Positions 10,809 to 19,531 of a DNA stretch of 46,742 bases are shown piece by piece. Origin of the DNA: an uncultured Bacilli bacterium (GTDB taxonomy: Bacteria > Bacillota_I > Bacilli_A > RF39 > UBA660). The stretch lies in the NCBI GenBank assembly GCA_947631205.1, contig CANRKL010000002.1:1-46742 (forward strand), read 5' to 3'. The translations under genes and the position numbers were made by a program. The notes beneath the pieces are model-generated. The model was not told where the DNA came from, did no database searches, and saw nothing but the letters and a program-made list of their open reading frames with translations. The first letter of the stretch is position 1. Each line of letters starts with the position of its first letter.

Positions 10809-11493
10809 TTGTGGTTATTGTAGTAGAAGAAAAGCAGAAGAATTATTAAAAGAAGGGAAAATAAAAGTAAATGGCAAGATAGTTACTGATTTAGGATTTA
10901 AAGTAAATTATAATGATGAAATAATAATAAATGGAGAAGTATTAGATGCCAAAGAAGATAAAGTCTATTATTTATTATATAAGCCAAGTAAAGTAGTATC
11001 ATCTGTTAAAGATGATAAACAAAGAGCAACTGTAGTTGATATGATAGATACTAAAAAAAGAATTTATCCAGTTGGCAGATTAGATTATGACACAACAGGA
11101 TTATTACTTTTAACCAATGATGGTATTTTAACAAATAGACTTACTCATCCATCAAATGAAGTAGAAAAGATGTATTTAGCTAAAATAAAAGGGATACTTT
11201 CTTATCAAGAAGTTAAAGAATTAAAAAAAGGAATAGTAATTGAAGATAGAAAAGTAATACCTACTTATTTAAAAGTTAAAAGTATTAATAAAAATAGTAA
11301 TACAACCAATGTTTTAATTGGAATAGTAGAGGGACGTAATCACATAATAAAAAAGATATTTTCAGCAATAAATCACCCAGTATTAAAATTAAAAAGAGAA
11401 ACTTATGCTTTCTTAAATTTAGATAATTTAAAAGTAGGAGAGTATAGAGAGTTGACAGTAAAAGAAGTAAAAAAATTATATTCTTTAAAATAG
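10780..11493 (+). CDS. rluB: RsuA/RluB-family pseudouridine synthase with N-terminal S4 domain
   Basis: 237 aa. S4-like N-terminus (MERIQKVIASCGYCSRRKAEELLKEGKIKVNG). Catalytic GRLDYDTTGLLLLTNDG. AAGGAG SD. 29-nt overlap with the upstream gene. Confidence 0.85.
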   Translation: MERIQKVIASCGYCSRRKAEELLKEGKIKVNGKIVTDLGFKVNYNDEIIINGEVLDAKEDKVYYLLYKPSKVVSSVKDDKQRATVVDMIDTKKRIYPVGRLDYDTTGLLLLTNDGILTNRLTHPSNEVEKMYLAKIKGILSYQEVKELKKGIVIEDRKVIPTYLKVKSINKNSNTTNVLIGIVEGRNHIIKKIFSAINHPVLKLKRETYAFLNLDNLKVGEYRELTVKEVKKLYSLK

Positions 11494-11660
11494 GAAACAA
11501 TAGGTGTAAATTTAGATGAAAAGAGTAATTTACTATAAAAAGAAAACTTTATGAAATAAAATGATAAAAAAATTCCATAAAAGTTTTTTCTCATAAATTA
11601 AGGTATGCTAAAAAAGGAAGGTAATTTATAAAAATATTCAACTGTGTATTTTAATAAATT

Positions 11661-11689
11661 TTGACAAAATTCAAATAATTTTATATAAT
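11661..11689 (+). promoter_or_regulatory. sigma-A type promoter (TTGACA-17-TATAAT) for the alarmone synthetase gene
   Basis: Perfect TTGACA at 11661-11666, a 17-nt spacer, and perfect TATAAT at 11684-11689. Confidence 0.6.
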
Positions 11690-11748
11690 ACAATTCATAG
11701 AAGTAATGCTTATATTGTGTTGCTTCTTTTTTGGAGGTAAATTTATTA

Positions 11749-12354
11749 ATGAATGAAGAAATATATTTAAAATATCAATATGCTTTAAAAATGCTTAATA
11801 CAGAAATTGAAATATTAATTGATAATTTTGTATTTCATAATGGTTATAATCCTGTTGAGCATATTAAATCAAGAATTAAAACAGAAGATAGTATTAGAAA
11901 AAAATTGGAGAAAAAAGGTTTAGAATATAATGAAAAAAATATTTTATTAAATATACCTGATGTAGTAGGAATAAGGATTGTAGTATCTTTTTTAAGTGAT
12001 GTTTATGATATAGTATCTATGATTAATAGGTCTAATAATTTAATCATAAAAAAAAGAAAAGATTATATATCTCATCCTAAAGAATCAGGGTATACATCTT
12101 ATCATTTAATTGTTTTAGTGCCAATATATTTAGAAAATCATGTAGAATATATTGAATCAGAGATTCAAATTAGGACAATTGCTATGGATTTTTGGGCTTC
12201 TTTAGACCATAAAATTAGATATAAGTTTCCTAATGAAATTCCCGCTCCTGTATCAGAAGCTATTGAAAATTATGCTTTAGATATAAAAGAATTAGACCAA
12301 AAGATGTATAAATTAAATCAAATTGTAGATAAATATCAAAATAAATCAACTTAG
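11749..12354 (+). CDS. small alarmone synthetase (RelQ/RelP-type GTP pyrophosphokinase)
   Basis: RelA/SpoT synthetase-only core (VVGIRIVVSFLSDV, SGYTSYHLIV, EIQIRTIAMDFWASLDHKIRYK). Start trimmed from TTG 11731 to ATG 11749, which follows SD GGAGG at 11733-11737. Confidence 0.85.
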   Translation: MNEEIYLKYQYALKMLNTEIEILIDNFVFHNGYNPVEHIKSRIKTEDSIRKKLEKKGLEYNEKNILLNIPDVVGIRIVVSFLSDVYDIVSMINRSNNLIIKKRKDYISHPKESGYTSYHLIVLVPIYLENHVEYIESEIQIRTIAMDFWASLDHKIRYKFPNEIPAPVSEAIENYALDIKELDQKMYKLNQIVDKYQNKST

Positions 12355-13587
12355 ATATTCTATAATAGAGTAGGCTGCAACTCTTCCACTTTTAGAAGCA
12401 TTGCTAACTGTATTTATTTCATTTGCAACATCTCCTCCAGCGAAGACATTGGAAATAGATGTTGCTTTTTTTTCATCTACTTTAATGGTTCCATTATCAT
12501 TAGTTATTATATTTAAAGAAGATATTAATTTGGAATTAGGTGTAGAGCCAATTGTAAAAACAACATAATCAACTTTAATATTTTTTTCAGTATTATAAAT
12601 ATTTTTTAGATTACCATCTATTTCTTCAGTTTTAACTATAGTTATTTTTTCTACATTATTTTTTCCAATAATTTGTGAAACATTAGTATTGAAAAGAAAC
12701 TTAATACCTTCTTTTTTAGCATTTTTAAGTTCTTTTTGGTCAGCTTTCATATCTTTTGGACTTCTTCGGTAAATTATAATAACATTTTTAGCACCCAGTC
12801 TTTTTATTGTTCTAGCTGTGTCCATCGCGACATTTCCACCACCAACAATAGCAACATTTTTATCTAAATAATTTGGATGTTTTTGATTTTCTAAAAGTTC
12901 ATTTCCACCATATACACCATTTAAATCAGTTCCTTTTATATCCATAAATTTAGATTGATTAGTGCCAATTCCTAAAAATATTGCATTATAATCTTTTTGT
13001 AAATCTTCTAAAAAAATATTTTTTCCTAATTCTTTGTTATATTCTACTTTAATATCTAAATCTAAGATTCTTTTAATAGTCATATCTAAAGCTTTTCTAT
13101 TAAGACGGAATTCTGGAATACCATGTCTTAAAAGACCACCTAAGTAATCATGTTTTTCATAAATAGTTACAGAAATATTATTTCTAGCTAAAAAAGCCGC
13201 ACAAGAAAGTCCGGCAGGTCCTCCACCAATAACGCAAACTTTTTTTTGATGTAATTTTTCATTTTTTGTGTGTTTAATAGGCCAGTTGTTTAGATTAGCT
13301 AAATCACCAATATAAGCTTCTAATGCTCCAATTTTAATAGAACGGTCAGTGTAGTGTTTAATACATTTACCTTGACATAATTTTTCATGAGGACAAATAC
13401 GACCACATATTGATGGTAAGACTGTTGTTTCATCTAAAACATGATAAGCTTCTTCAAAGTTTTTTTCTTTAATTAATCTAATAAATTCTGTAATATGATT
13501 TTCTAAGGGACAACCTTTTTGACATGGACTATGTAGACAACCCTCACAGTAATTTGCTTCATCATTTAATTTTTTTAATTCTTTCAT
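12346..13587 (-). CDS. GltD-like NAD(P)H-dependent FAD oxidoreductase with N-terminal Fe-S cysteines
   Basis: 413 aa. N-terminal Cys clusters (CEGCLHSPCQKGCP, CGRICPHEKLCQGKC). Two Rossmann motifs (VCVIGGGPAGLSCA and VAIVGGGNVAMD). C-terminal GGDV. Confidence 0.75.
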   Translation of the reverse strand: MKELKKLNDEANYCEGCLHSPCQKGCPLENHITEFIRLIKEKNFEEAYHVLDETTVLPSICGRICPHEKLCQGKCIKHYTDRSIKIGALEAYIGDLANLNNWPIKHTKNEKLHQKKVCVIGGGPAGLSCAAFLARNNISVTIYEKHDYLGGLLRHGIPEFRLNRKALDMTIKRILDLDIKVEYNKELGKNIFLEDLQKDYNAIFLGIGTNQSKFMDIKGTDLNGVYGGNELLENQKHPNYLDKNVAIVGGGNVAMDTARTIKRLGAKNVIIIYRRSPKDMKADQKELKNAKKEGIKFLFNTNVSQIIGKNNVEKITIVKTEEIDGNLKNIYNTEKNIKVDYVVFTIGSTPNSKLISSLNIITNDNGTIKVDEKKATSISNVFAGGDVANEINTVSNASKSGRVAAYSIIEYLS

Positions 13588-13640
13588 ATCAATCCCTCTA
13601 TCATAATTATTATAATATATTTTAAGAGATTTTTATAGAA

Positions 13641-14318
13641 TTAATTTTGTTTAATAATAGTTACTTTATTACTTGTATCTAATGTTAAAAGAGCAATATT
13701 TTCAATAGATATGTTTTCTTTTTTTAAGGTTGTTTTTAACCAATTTTTATTTTTTTTAGCTCTTTTTAGTTCTTCTTCATCTAAAGTTCCATCAACAATA
13801 ATTAAGTAGTTCATTGATTGTTTAGAACTATTTTTTTGAATGTTTTCTTTAATATCTTTACTAGTTAAAGGTTGAGAATTACCTTTTAATAAAATAGAAA
13901 TATCACCAGATGGTTCTTGGATAGCGCATTCTAAATCATTAATATCAAAACAACCTTTTAATCGACAATTTTCTAAAACTTTAGCAACACTTAATTTACA
14001 TTTATGTAAGTTTTCATAAATAAATTGATTATTTTCAAATAAGACTAATGGTTCACCATCAATTAATTCAGCAGTTTTATGACTTTGATAAGTTATATAA
14101 GAAGATATATAACCAATAATTCCAAAGATAACTAGCGCAATAACGCCATCTAAAAGTGGGGTATTAAAGTCAATTATGCTATCACCTGCAATAGAACCTA
14201 TAGTAATTCCAATAATATAATCATATAAGGTTAATTGTTTAATTTGTTTTTTTCCTAAAAATTTCATAATAATAAATAAAACAATAAAAATTATTATTGA
14301 ACGATATACAACTTCCAT
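13641..14318 (-). CDS. DUF421/YetF-family membrane protein
   Basis: 225 aa. Three N-terminal TM helices, then a soluble C-domain. The layout and the KKQIKQLTLYDYI motif are typical of the YetF/YdfS family of spore formers. Confidence 0.7.
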   Translation of the reverse strand: MEVVYRSIIIFIVLFIIMKFLGKKQIKQLTLYDYIIGITIGSIAGDSIIDFNTPLLDGVIALVIFGIIGYISSYITYQSHKTAELIDGEPLVLFENNQFIYENLHKCKLSVAKVLENCRLKGCFDINDLECAIQEPSGDISILLKGNSQPLTSKDIKENIQKNSSKQSMNYLIIVDGTLDEEELKRAKKNKNWLKTTLKKENISIENIALLTLDTSNKVTIIKQN

Positions 14319-14350
14319 TTAAATCACCTAATATTATTATGGGTTAGGGT

Positions 14351-14383
14351 AAAAAAAATATAACTTAAAAGTATTTAAGTTAT
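14351..14383 (-). terminator. rho-independent terminator of the collagen-like gene
   Basis: Perfect 10-bp stem (14360-14369 / 14374-14383) with a 4-nt loop. On the minus strand it is followed by A then T8 (14351-14358). The stem overlaps the stop codon. Confidence 0.75.
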
Positions 14384-15366
14384 TCTATTTCATCAAGTTT
14401 TTTGATACTTAGGGAAGCAGTAATTCCAGAATTAAAGGTAATAGTTACATTATCTTCGGTAGCAGATAAGACCATATCTAAGGTATCCCCTGCTTTAAGT
14501 TCTATTATGGTGTTACAAAAAAAGCTAATTGTTCCATTGACATTGGTTTTTTTAGAGATAACAGTAGTTGGAATCATTTCTAAATTTTCTCTAATCATGA
14601 CTGTTATAACAGATATTTTATTAACATCAATATTAAGAGTATAGTTTACTTCATAGATGCCATCTTGTTCTAAAGTAATGGAATTTGTGGGAGTATTAAT
14701 GACATTGATATTAGACATTTCTTCTATTAGAGGTATTTGTATCCAAAAGCCTGCTCCACCAGTATCTAATACGTTGGTTAAATTATTATATTTTCCGCCA
14801 TAAGCACTTAAAAGTGCACTTCCAGCAGGTCCTGTTGGGCCTTGTAATCCTCTTTCTCCTGGAGGTCCTTGGATACCTTGCAAGCCTTGAATTCCTTGGG
14901 GTCCTTGTATTCCTGGTGGACCTTGAATGCCTTGGGGTCCCGTTGGTCCTATATCGCCTTCTGGACCTCTAATTCTTCCAACATTTATCCATTTATTATC
15001 ATTGGTAGACCAAATGTAAAGGTCATTTCCTACTAAATAACTGTCACTTTTATTACCGTTTGGATGTTCTTGCTCTAATTCATTTAAATTATCATATGAA
15101 CCCATTATAGTTACACTTGTTCCAGCAGGTCCTGTTGGACCTATATTACCAGTTGGACCTATAGGGCCTATTGGTCCCGTAGGACCAATTATACCTTGTA
15201 AGCCTTGAATGCCTTGAGGACCAGTGGGACCAATTTTACCATCAGCTCCAGTGGGGCCAGTAGGACCTAAAAGATTAGAATTAACAATTTGATAACAACA
15301 AAATGAATTGTATTTTTCCTTAGCACATTTAACTTTTTCTAAGGCTTTTTTATAATTATCATTCAT
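14380..15366 (-). CDS. collagen-like (G-X-Y) repeat protein with BclA/C1q-like C-terminal domain
   Basis: 328 aa. Two uninterrupted runs of 16 G-X-Y triplets (aa 34-82 and 134-182, both ending GPTGPAG) separated by a 51-aa non-collagen insert. The C-terminal ~145 aa is beta-rich ([12 protein letters not shown]..., AGDTLDMVL) like BclA-type exosporium/TNF-like heads. Confidence 0.85.
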   Translation of the reverse strand: MNDNYKKALEKVKCAKEKYNSFCCYQIVNSNLLGPTGPTGADGKIGPTGPQGIQGLQGIIGPTGPIGPIGPTGNIGPTGPAGTSVTIMGSYDNLNELEQEHPNGNKSDSYLVGNDLYIWSTNDNKWINVGRIRGPEGDIGPTGPQGIQGPPGIQGPQGIQGLQGIQGPPGERGLQGPTGPAGSALLSAYGGKYNNLTNVLDTGGAGFWIQIPLIEEMSNINVINTPTNSITLEQDGIYEVNYTLNIDVNKISVITVMIRENLEMIPTTVISKKTNVNGTISFFCNTIIELKAGDTLDMVLSATEDNVTITFNSGITASLSIKKLDEIE

Positions 15367-15423
15367 ATTTATTCATCCTTCTATTATAAAATATGTGAAA
15401 GTAGGGGATTGGTTAAAAATTGC

Positions 15424-15452
15424 TTGCAATTTTCATGATAATTTGCTATATT
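15424..15452 (+). promoter_or_regulatory. candidate sigma-A promoter for tRNA-Gly (TTGCAA-17-TATATT)
   Basis: TTGCAA at 15424-15429, a 17-nt spacer, and TATATT at 15447-15452, about 10 nt before the tRNA 5' end. Confidence 0.5.
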
Positions 15453-15462
15453 ATATTTGCTT

Positions 15463-15537
15463 GCAGGTGTGGTTCAACGGCTAGAATGCAACCTTGCCAA
15501 GGTTGAGACGGGGTTTCGACTACCCTCACTTGCTCCA
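15463..15537 (+). tRNA. tRNA-Gly (anticodon GCC), CCA encoded
   Basis: Hand-folded cloverleaf of 75 nt. Acceptor GCAGGTG/CACTTGC, D-arm GTTC-AACGGCTA-GAAT, anticodon arm CAACC-TTGCCAA-GGTTG, variable AGAC, T-arm GGGGT-TTCGACT-ACCCT, discriminator T plus CCA. Confidence 0.9.
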
Positions 15538-15550
15538 ATGTGATTAATTA

Positions 15551-15578
15551 CTTACACTTTTGGTGTGAGTTTTCTTTT
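15551..15578 (+). terminator. rho-independent terminator after tRNA-Gly
   Basis: Stem CTTACAC/GTGTGAG (7 bp with one G-U), loop TTTTG, followed by TTTTCTTTT. Confidence 0.6.
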
Positions 15579-15723
15579 GACTTAAAATCATTATTTTAAA
15601 TTAGTATTTTTGTCAAAAATAAAAATACACTTACAAATTAGCATAGTATATTTTAATAATTTTTATTATTATTTAAAGTGATTTTCATTTATTAAATGGT
15701 CCAATATCTTAGTTTATAAATAT

Positions 15724-16095
15724 TTATATTTGTTTTGAATTTTTCTCTAGTCTTTTTTCTATCTCTTCAATGCTTGGTAAAGTATTTTCTAAGAATTCAG
15801 GTATTTCAGATAATATTTTATATTCACTTACACCAATAGGTTTATTTATATCTTTTAAAGCTAATTCTGCTGTTACTTTCTTTTTATCTTTGCAAATTAA
15901 TATTCCAAACGTTATTTGCAGCATGATGTTGCAAAATTATCCTGGAACCATGAAGCACATTTTTTTGATATTTTGATTTGAGTAATAAGCATAATTAAAT
16001 CCACCTAAATTATAATAATTAACAGGTTTTTCTTTATTAAAATCTTTAGGGTATAGTGTTAAATATTTTTTGAAATAAAAAAAGTTAGTTATGAT
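15724..16095 (-). pseudogene. 3' remnant of a YhcG/DUF1016-type PD-(D/E)XK nuclease gene, interrupted by an in-frame stop
   Basis: The 66-aa ORF reads ITFGILICKDKKKVTAELALKDINKPIGVSEYKILSEIPEFLENTLPSIEEIEKRL. This is the characteristic C-terminus of DUF1016 proteins (..IGLILCK.KN..V.EYAL....PIGV.EY.L...LP..L...LPSIEEIE..L). The same frame continues upstream through TAA (15937-15939) as ...NLGGFNYAYYSNQNIKKMCFMVPG. The N-terminal two-thirds of the gene is absent. Confidence 0.6.
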
Positions 16096-17045
16096 TTATT
16101 AATTTTATTTTTAATAGATTTAACTAACTTTATGTTTGATTTTATTTCTTCTTCTTTATATCCTGTAAACAGAGATATTTTTTTTATGTCACTATTAGAA
16201 GAAAGACTATATCTTCCGGCATAAATAATTTTACTAATTGCTATTAATGTCTCATTTTGATTTTCGGTATTTGATATTTTTTCTCTTACACTTTCTCCAA
16301 CAATTTTAATTATTCTTTTAGCTTCTTCAGCTAATTTTATATTATTTTCATTATCATTTATTTCTCCTAAAGGGTATAACTTATTAACTCTTTGATATAA
16401 AGCTAGCGATAAGGGCATTTTAGTTTCTTTATATAAACTAAATCCATCATCTATTGAAATACCAAACTCTGCTAAAATAGACATCATTGTTTGAATTTTT
16501 ATATTAATATCTTTATTACTAAAATCAGGATTTTCATTATAAAATAATTTATATATTGTTATTAATGCTTTATCATCATCAGTTAAAATTACTTTTTTAG
16601 TGTCATTTAAATTATAAATTTGCTCTATCATTTTATTTATTCCTTTAGATATTAAATTAATATCTGAATAGTTTTTTATGTTAGTTTCATGATTATTATA
16701 AGTTAATGATATTCCACTTGTAGGTTCATATTTAATTTGGAATTCTTTTATTTCATTATTATTTTTTTCATATTCTTTTAAAAGATAATTTTCATATTTT
16801 ACTAGTTCTGAACCATTTTTATCTTGATAAGAAACGATTAATAATTTTTCTTCACATTCTTTCATTATTGTTCTTATAATAGTAATATTTTCTATCATAG
16901 AATTATGTTTATGATTATTTAGAAAATTTTCTAATAAAAGTTTTATTTTATCTAAATTAATGTTATCATTTGCTATACCATTATATTTTATTTTTATACT
17001 ATCATTTTCATAATTTAATGTTTTATCAATATTTATTGATTTCAT
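16089..17045 (-). CDS. hypothetical protein (orphan, Asn/Lys/Ile-rich, no TM segment seen)
   Basis: 318-aa ORF with strong SD GAGGAGG 7 nt before the ATG. Lies 54 nt downstream of the second sigma gene on the same strand. I do not recognise a family. Confidence 0.6.
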   Translation of the reverse strand: MKSINIDKTLNYENDSIKIKYNGIANDNINLDKIKLLLENFLNNHKHNSMIENITIIRTIMKECEEKLLIVSYQDKNGSELVKYENYLLKEYEKNNNEIKEFQIKYEPTSGISLTYNNHETNIKNYSDINLISKGINKMIEQIYNLNDTKKVILTDDDKALITIYKLFYNENPDFSNKDINIKIQTMMSILAEFGISIDDGFSLYKETKMPLSLALYQRVNKLYPLGEINDNENNIKLAEEAKRIIKIVGESVREKISNTENQNETLIAISKIIYAGRYSLSSNSDIKKISLFTGYKEEEIKSNIKLVKSIKNKINKS

Positions 17046-17099
17046 TTCTGTAACCTCCTCAGTGTAATTTATATTAAAAGTATAACATACAAAATTAGT

Positions 17100-18335
17100 T
17101 TATTTTAATTTTTTATTTTTTAAAGTTAAAGATAAATTTTCATTTGCAGATGTTAAGTCAATGTTATAAATATTAATTCCATATTGATTTAAAATGTTAT
17201 CTTTAAATGTAGAATAAAGATTAGAATCTTTGTTAGCTATTTTTTCTTTTAATGATTGGTTTAAATTATTTAATTTTGAAATATCTATACCTAATTTATT
17301 TGCTAAGTCACTTTGGGTATAAGTATATTTATCTAAATATAGTAGATAATATAATTTTTGTTCTAAAAGATTTAATTCATTTTTCATGTATAAAAATAGA
17401 ACAATATGATGAGGATTTAATGGTGTTTTTTTTAAGCAATATAAATGAGCTTGTTCATTTTTAATGATATGTAATAATTTATTTCTTATTGAGTTATTGC
17501 CTAAAATATTTTTACATTTTATTTTAGCTTTTCTTTCAATGGTTCTGATTCCTTCGCCTGACATATTAAAATAAGGAACTAGTTCTTTTAAAGTTAGAGG
17601 ATTTTCAATTAATAAGTGATAGTACATAATAAAATATTCATCAGGTCTTAATAATTCTTTTAAAGCTATATAAAAAAGGTTATTGTCGATATTTTTGTCG
17701 ATATTATCAAAATCAAATTTATCATCAGCAATATATTCTTCCATTTCTTTATCATCATCTAATATTTTTTGATTTATACTTATTATGTTTTGATTAAGGG
17801 CTTTTTTTAGGGAATCTAAAGTTTGAGGAGCTATTTGTAGTTTATCTTTAATAATATCATCCGTAAGTAGCATTCTATTGTCATCAAAAGTTTTTTTAAG
17901 TTTGTAATATCTATTCATCATATCAACCATTGGGATAGGTTTTCTTATTTCATTTTCTTCTACATAGATACTTCTTAAAATTTGTTTTTTAATTTTATAA
18001 TAAGAATGAGTAGAGAAGGCTCCTAAATCAGGATTATAATCTTTTAAAGCATCAATAAGTCCCATATTTCCTTCTTGAATTAAATCTAAAATTTGTAAAT
18101 GGTTAACTTTTTTACGATAGGAAAAAGCAATATTAACAACTAAATGCAAGTTACTATTTATTAAAGCTTCTTTAGCTAATTCATCTTTATCTTCTATATA
18201 TTTTTTATAAAGATTTTTTTGCTCTTCCATGGATAATACAGGAAACTTGGATATTTCATTTATATATTGTTTTAGACTTTTATTACTAGATTGACTTAAT
18301 AATTCATCACTAGTTTCAATATTTTGATTACTCAT
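17100..18335 (-). CDS. sigma-70 family factor, SigA-like regions 1.2-4 plus ~120-aa C-terminal extension (paralog 2)
   Basis: 411 aa. YINEISKFPVLSMEEQKNLYKKY (1.2/2.1), LDLIQEGNMGLIDALKDY..FSTHSYYKIKKQILRSI (2.2-2.4), IRKPIPMVDMMNRY (3.0), RPDEYFIMYYHL..GIRTIERKAKIKCKN (region 4). A second HTH-like block follows: LEQKLYYLLYLDKYTYTQSDLANKLGIDISKLNNLNQSLKEKI. The ATG overlaps the upstream stop (ATGA). Confidence 0.8.
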   Translation of the reverse strand: MSNQNIETSDELLSQSSNKSLKQYINEISKFPVLSMEEQKNLYKKYIEDKDELAKEALINSNLHLVVNIAFSYRKKVNHLQILDLIQEGNMGLIDALKDYNPDLGAFSTHSYYKIKKQILRSIYVEENEIRKPIPMVDMMNRYYKLKKTFDDNRMLLTDDIIKDKLQIAPQTLDSLKKALNQNIISINQKILDDDKEMEEYIADDKFDFDNIDKNIDNNLFYIALKELLRPDEYFIMYYHLLIENPLTLKELVPYFNMSGEGIRTIERKAKIKCKNILGNNSIRNKLLHIIKNEQAHLYCLKKTPLNPHHIVLFLYMKNELNLLEQKLYYLLYLDKYTYTQSDLANKLGIDISKLNNLNQSLKEKIANKDSNLYSTFKDNILNQYGINIYNIDLTSANENLSLTLKNKKLK

Positions 18336-19531
18336 AAGTTCCTCCTTAAACTGTTATTTTCTTGACCTAATAGGTTTATGTTATAGATGTTTGTTTTATA
18401 TTTTTTGATAGTTTGATTATAGAAAAGTTCATAGTCATCTGTATTAGAAAAACTAGTTACTAATTTTTCTCTTAAAGATATAAGGCTATTTTGAACTTCT
18501 TCTTGTGGAATATTATACAATGTAGAATATTCTTCTATAGTATATTTAAAATCACCAAAAAGGATTTGATAATATAATTCTTTTTCAAGATTATTTAATG
18601 AATCTTTTACATATAAAAAATTTATAATGTCTGTTGGTGAGATAGGTTCATAATGAAGATTATTAGTATTTGGATAAGGTAAATTATGGCTAGTGATATT
18701 TTGATAAATTTTTTTTAATTTAAGCATAATTTTATTTTCAAGATGTCTTATTTTGTTAGTGTTAGATTTAAAGGTAGAGGCAAGGTATCTTGAGGTTACA
18801 AATTCATTTTTTAATAAACGATTATATAGTATAAAATATTCTAAAGGAGTTAGACTCTTTTTTAAAGAAAATAAAATATATTTATCATTTAAATCATTTA
18901 TAATGTTTTCAATTGGGGAAGAAGTACTTGGAATAAAATCTTGTAATTCACTAGTGTTTTCTTCTCCAACGCTTTGATTCATGCTAATAAAAGTTTGATT
19001 ATAAGTTCTTTTAACAAGTCCTAACATATATGGAGTGATACTTAACATAATGCAAATAATTTCATCATTGACATTTTTGTATTCTTCAATAATTTTTTTA
19101 TATTTATTAACTAATTCAATAGTTTTACTTGGTTTTCTAATTTGACAATCTAAATTAGAAATACATTTTAAAATTTTATTTTTTATCCAAAATTCAGAAT
19201 AAGTAGTAAAAGCTCCAAGACTTGGTTCATATTTTTCAATGGCATAAATAAGACCAATATTACCTTCTTGAATTATATCTAATATTTGTAAATTTTTAAT
19301 TACTTGTTTGTATTGAAAAGCAATTTTAACGACAAAACGAAGATTACATTTTATTAAAGTTTCTTTAGCTAATTCATCCTTATCTTCATGATATTTTCTA
19401 GCTAATTCTTTTTGCTCTTCAATTGATAAAATAGGATATTTTGATATTTCATCAATGTATGCCTTATAACTATCATCATTAAAAAAATCACTAAATTTTT
19501 CATTAAATATCTTGTTATTTTTTTCACACAT
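18332..19531 (-). CDS. sigma-70 family factor, SigA-like regions 1.2-4 plus C-terminal extension (paralog 1)
   Basis: Start trimmed to ATG 19531, 5 nt after AGGTGA; the track's GTG 19540 lies inside the SD. YIDEISKYPILSIEEQKELARKY, LDIIQEGNIGLIYAIEKY..FTTYSEFWIKNKILKCI, IRKPSKTIELVNKY, TPLEYFILYNRL..IRHLENKIMLKLKK, then LEKELYYQILFGDFKYTIEEYSTLYNIPQEEVQNSLISLREKL. TGTTATAAT extended -10 on the minus strand at 19550-19558. Confidence 0.8.
   Translation of the reverse strand: MCEKNNKIFNEKFSDFFNDDSYKAYIDEISKYPILSIEEQKELARKYHEDKDELAKETLIKCNLRFVVKIAFQYKQVIKNLQILDIIQEGNIGLIYAIEKYEPSLGAFTTYSEFWIKNKILKCISNLDCQIRKPSKTIELVNKYKKIIEEYKNVNDEIICIMLSITPYMLGLVKRTYNQTFISMNQSVGEENTSELQDFIPSTSSPIENIINDLNDKYILFSLKKSLTPLEYFILYNRLLKNEFVTSRYLASTFKSNTNKIRHLENKIMLKLKKIYQNITSHNLPYPNTNNLHYEPISPTDIINFLYVKDSLNNLEKELYYQILFGDFKYTIEEYSTLYNIPQEEVQNSLISLREKLVTSFSNTDDYELFYNQTIKKYKTNIYNINLLGQENNSLRRNL

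Noticed and set aside
12346-12354. A 9-nt convergent overlap of the alarmone synthetase and gltD-like genes as a possible antisense regulatory arrangement.
   Set aside because: Short convergent overlaps are common in compact genomes. No hairpin or other signal was seen there.
14821-15267. Periodic 9-nt GC-rich repeats that could be mistaken for a tandem-repeat or CRISPR-like array.
   Set aside because: They are the G-X-Y collagen coding repeats of a continuous 328-aa ORF. No spacer-repeat structure exists anywhere in the window.
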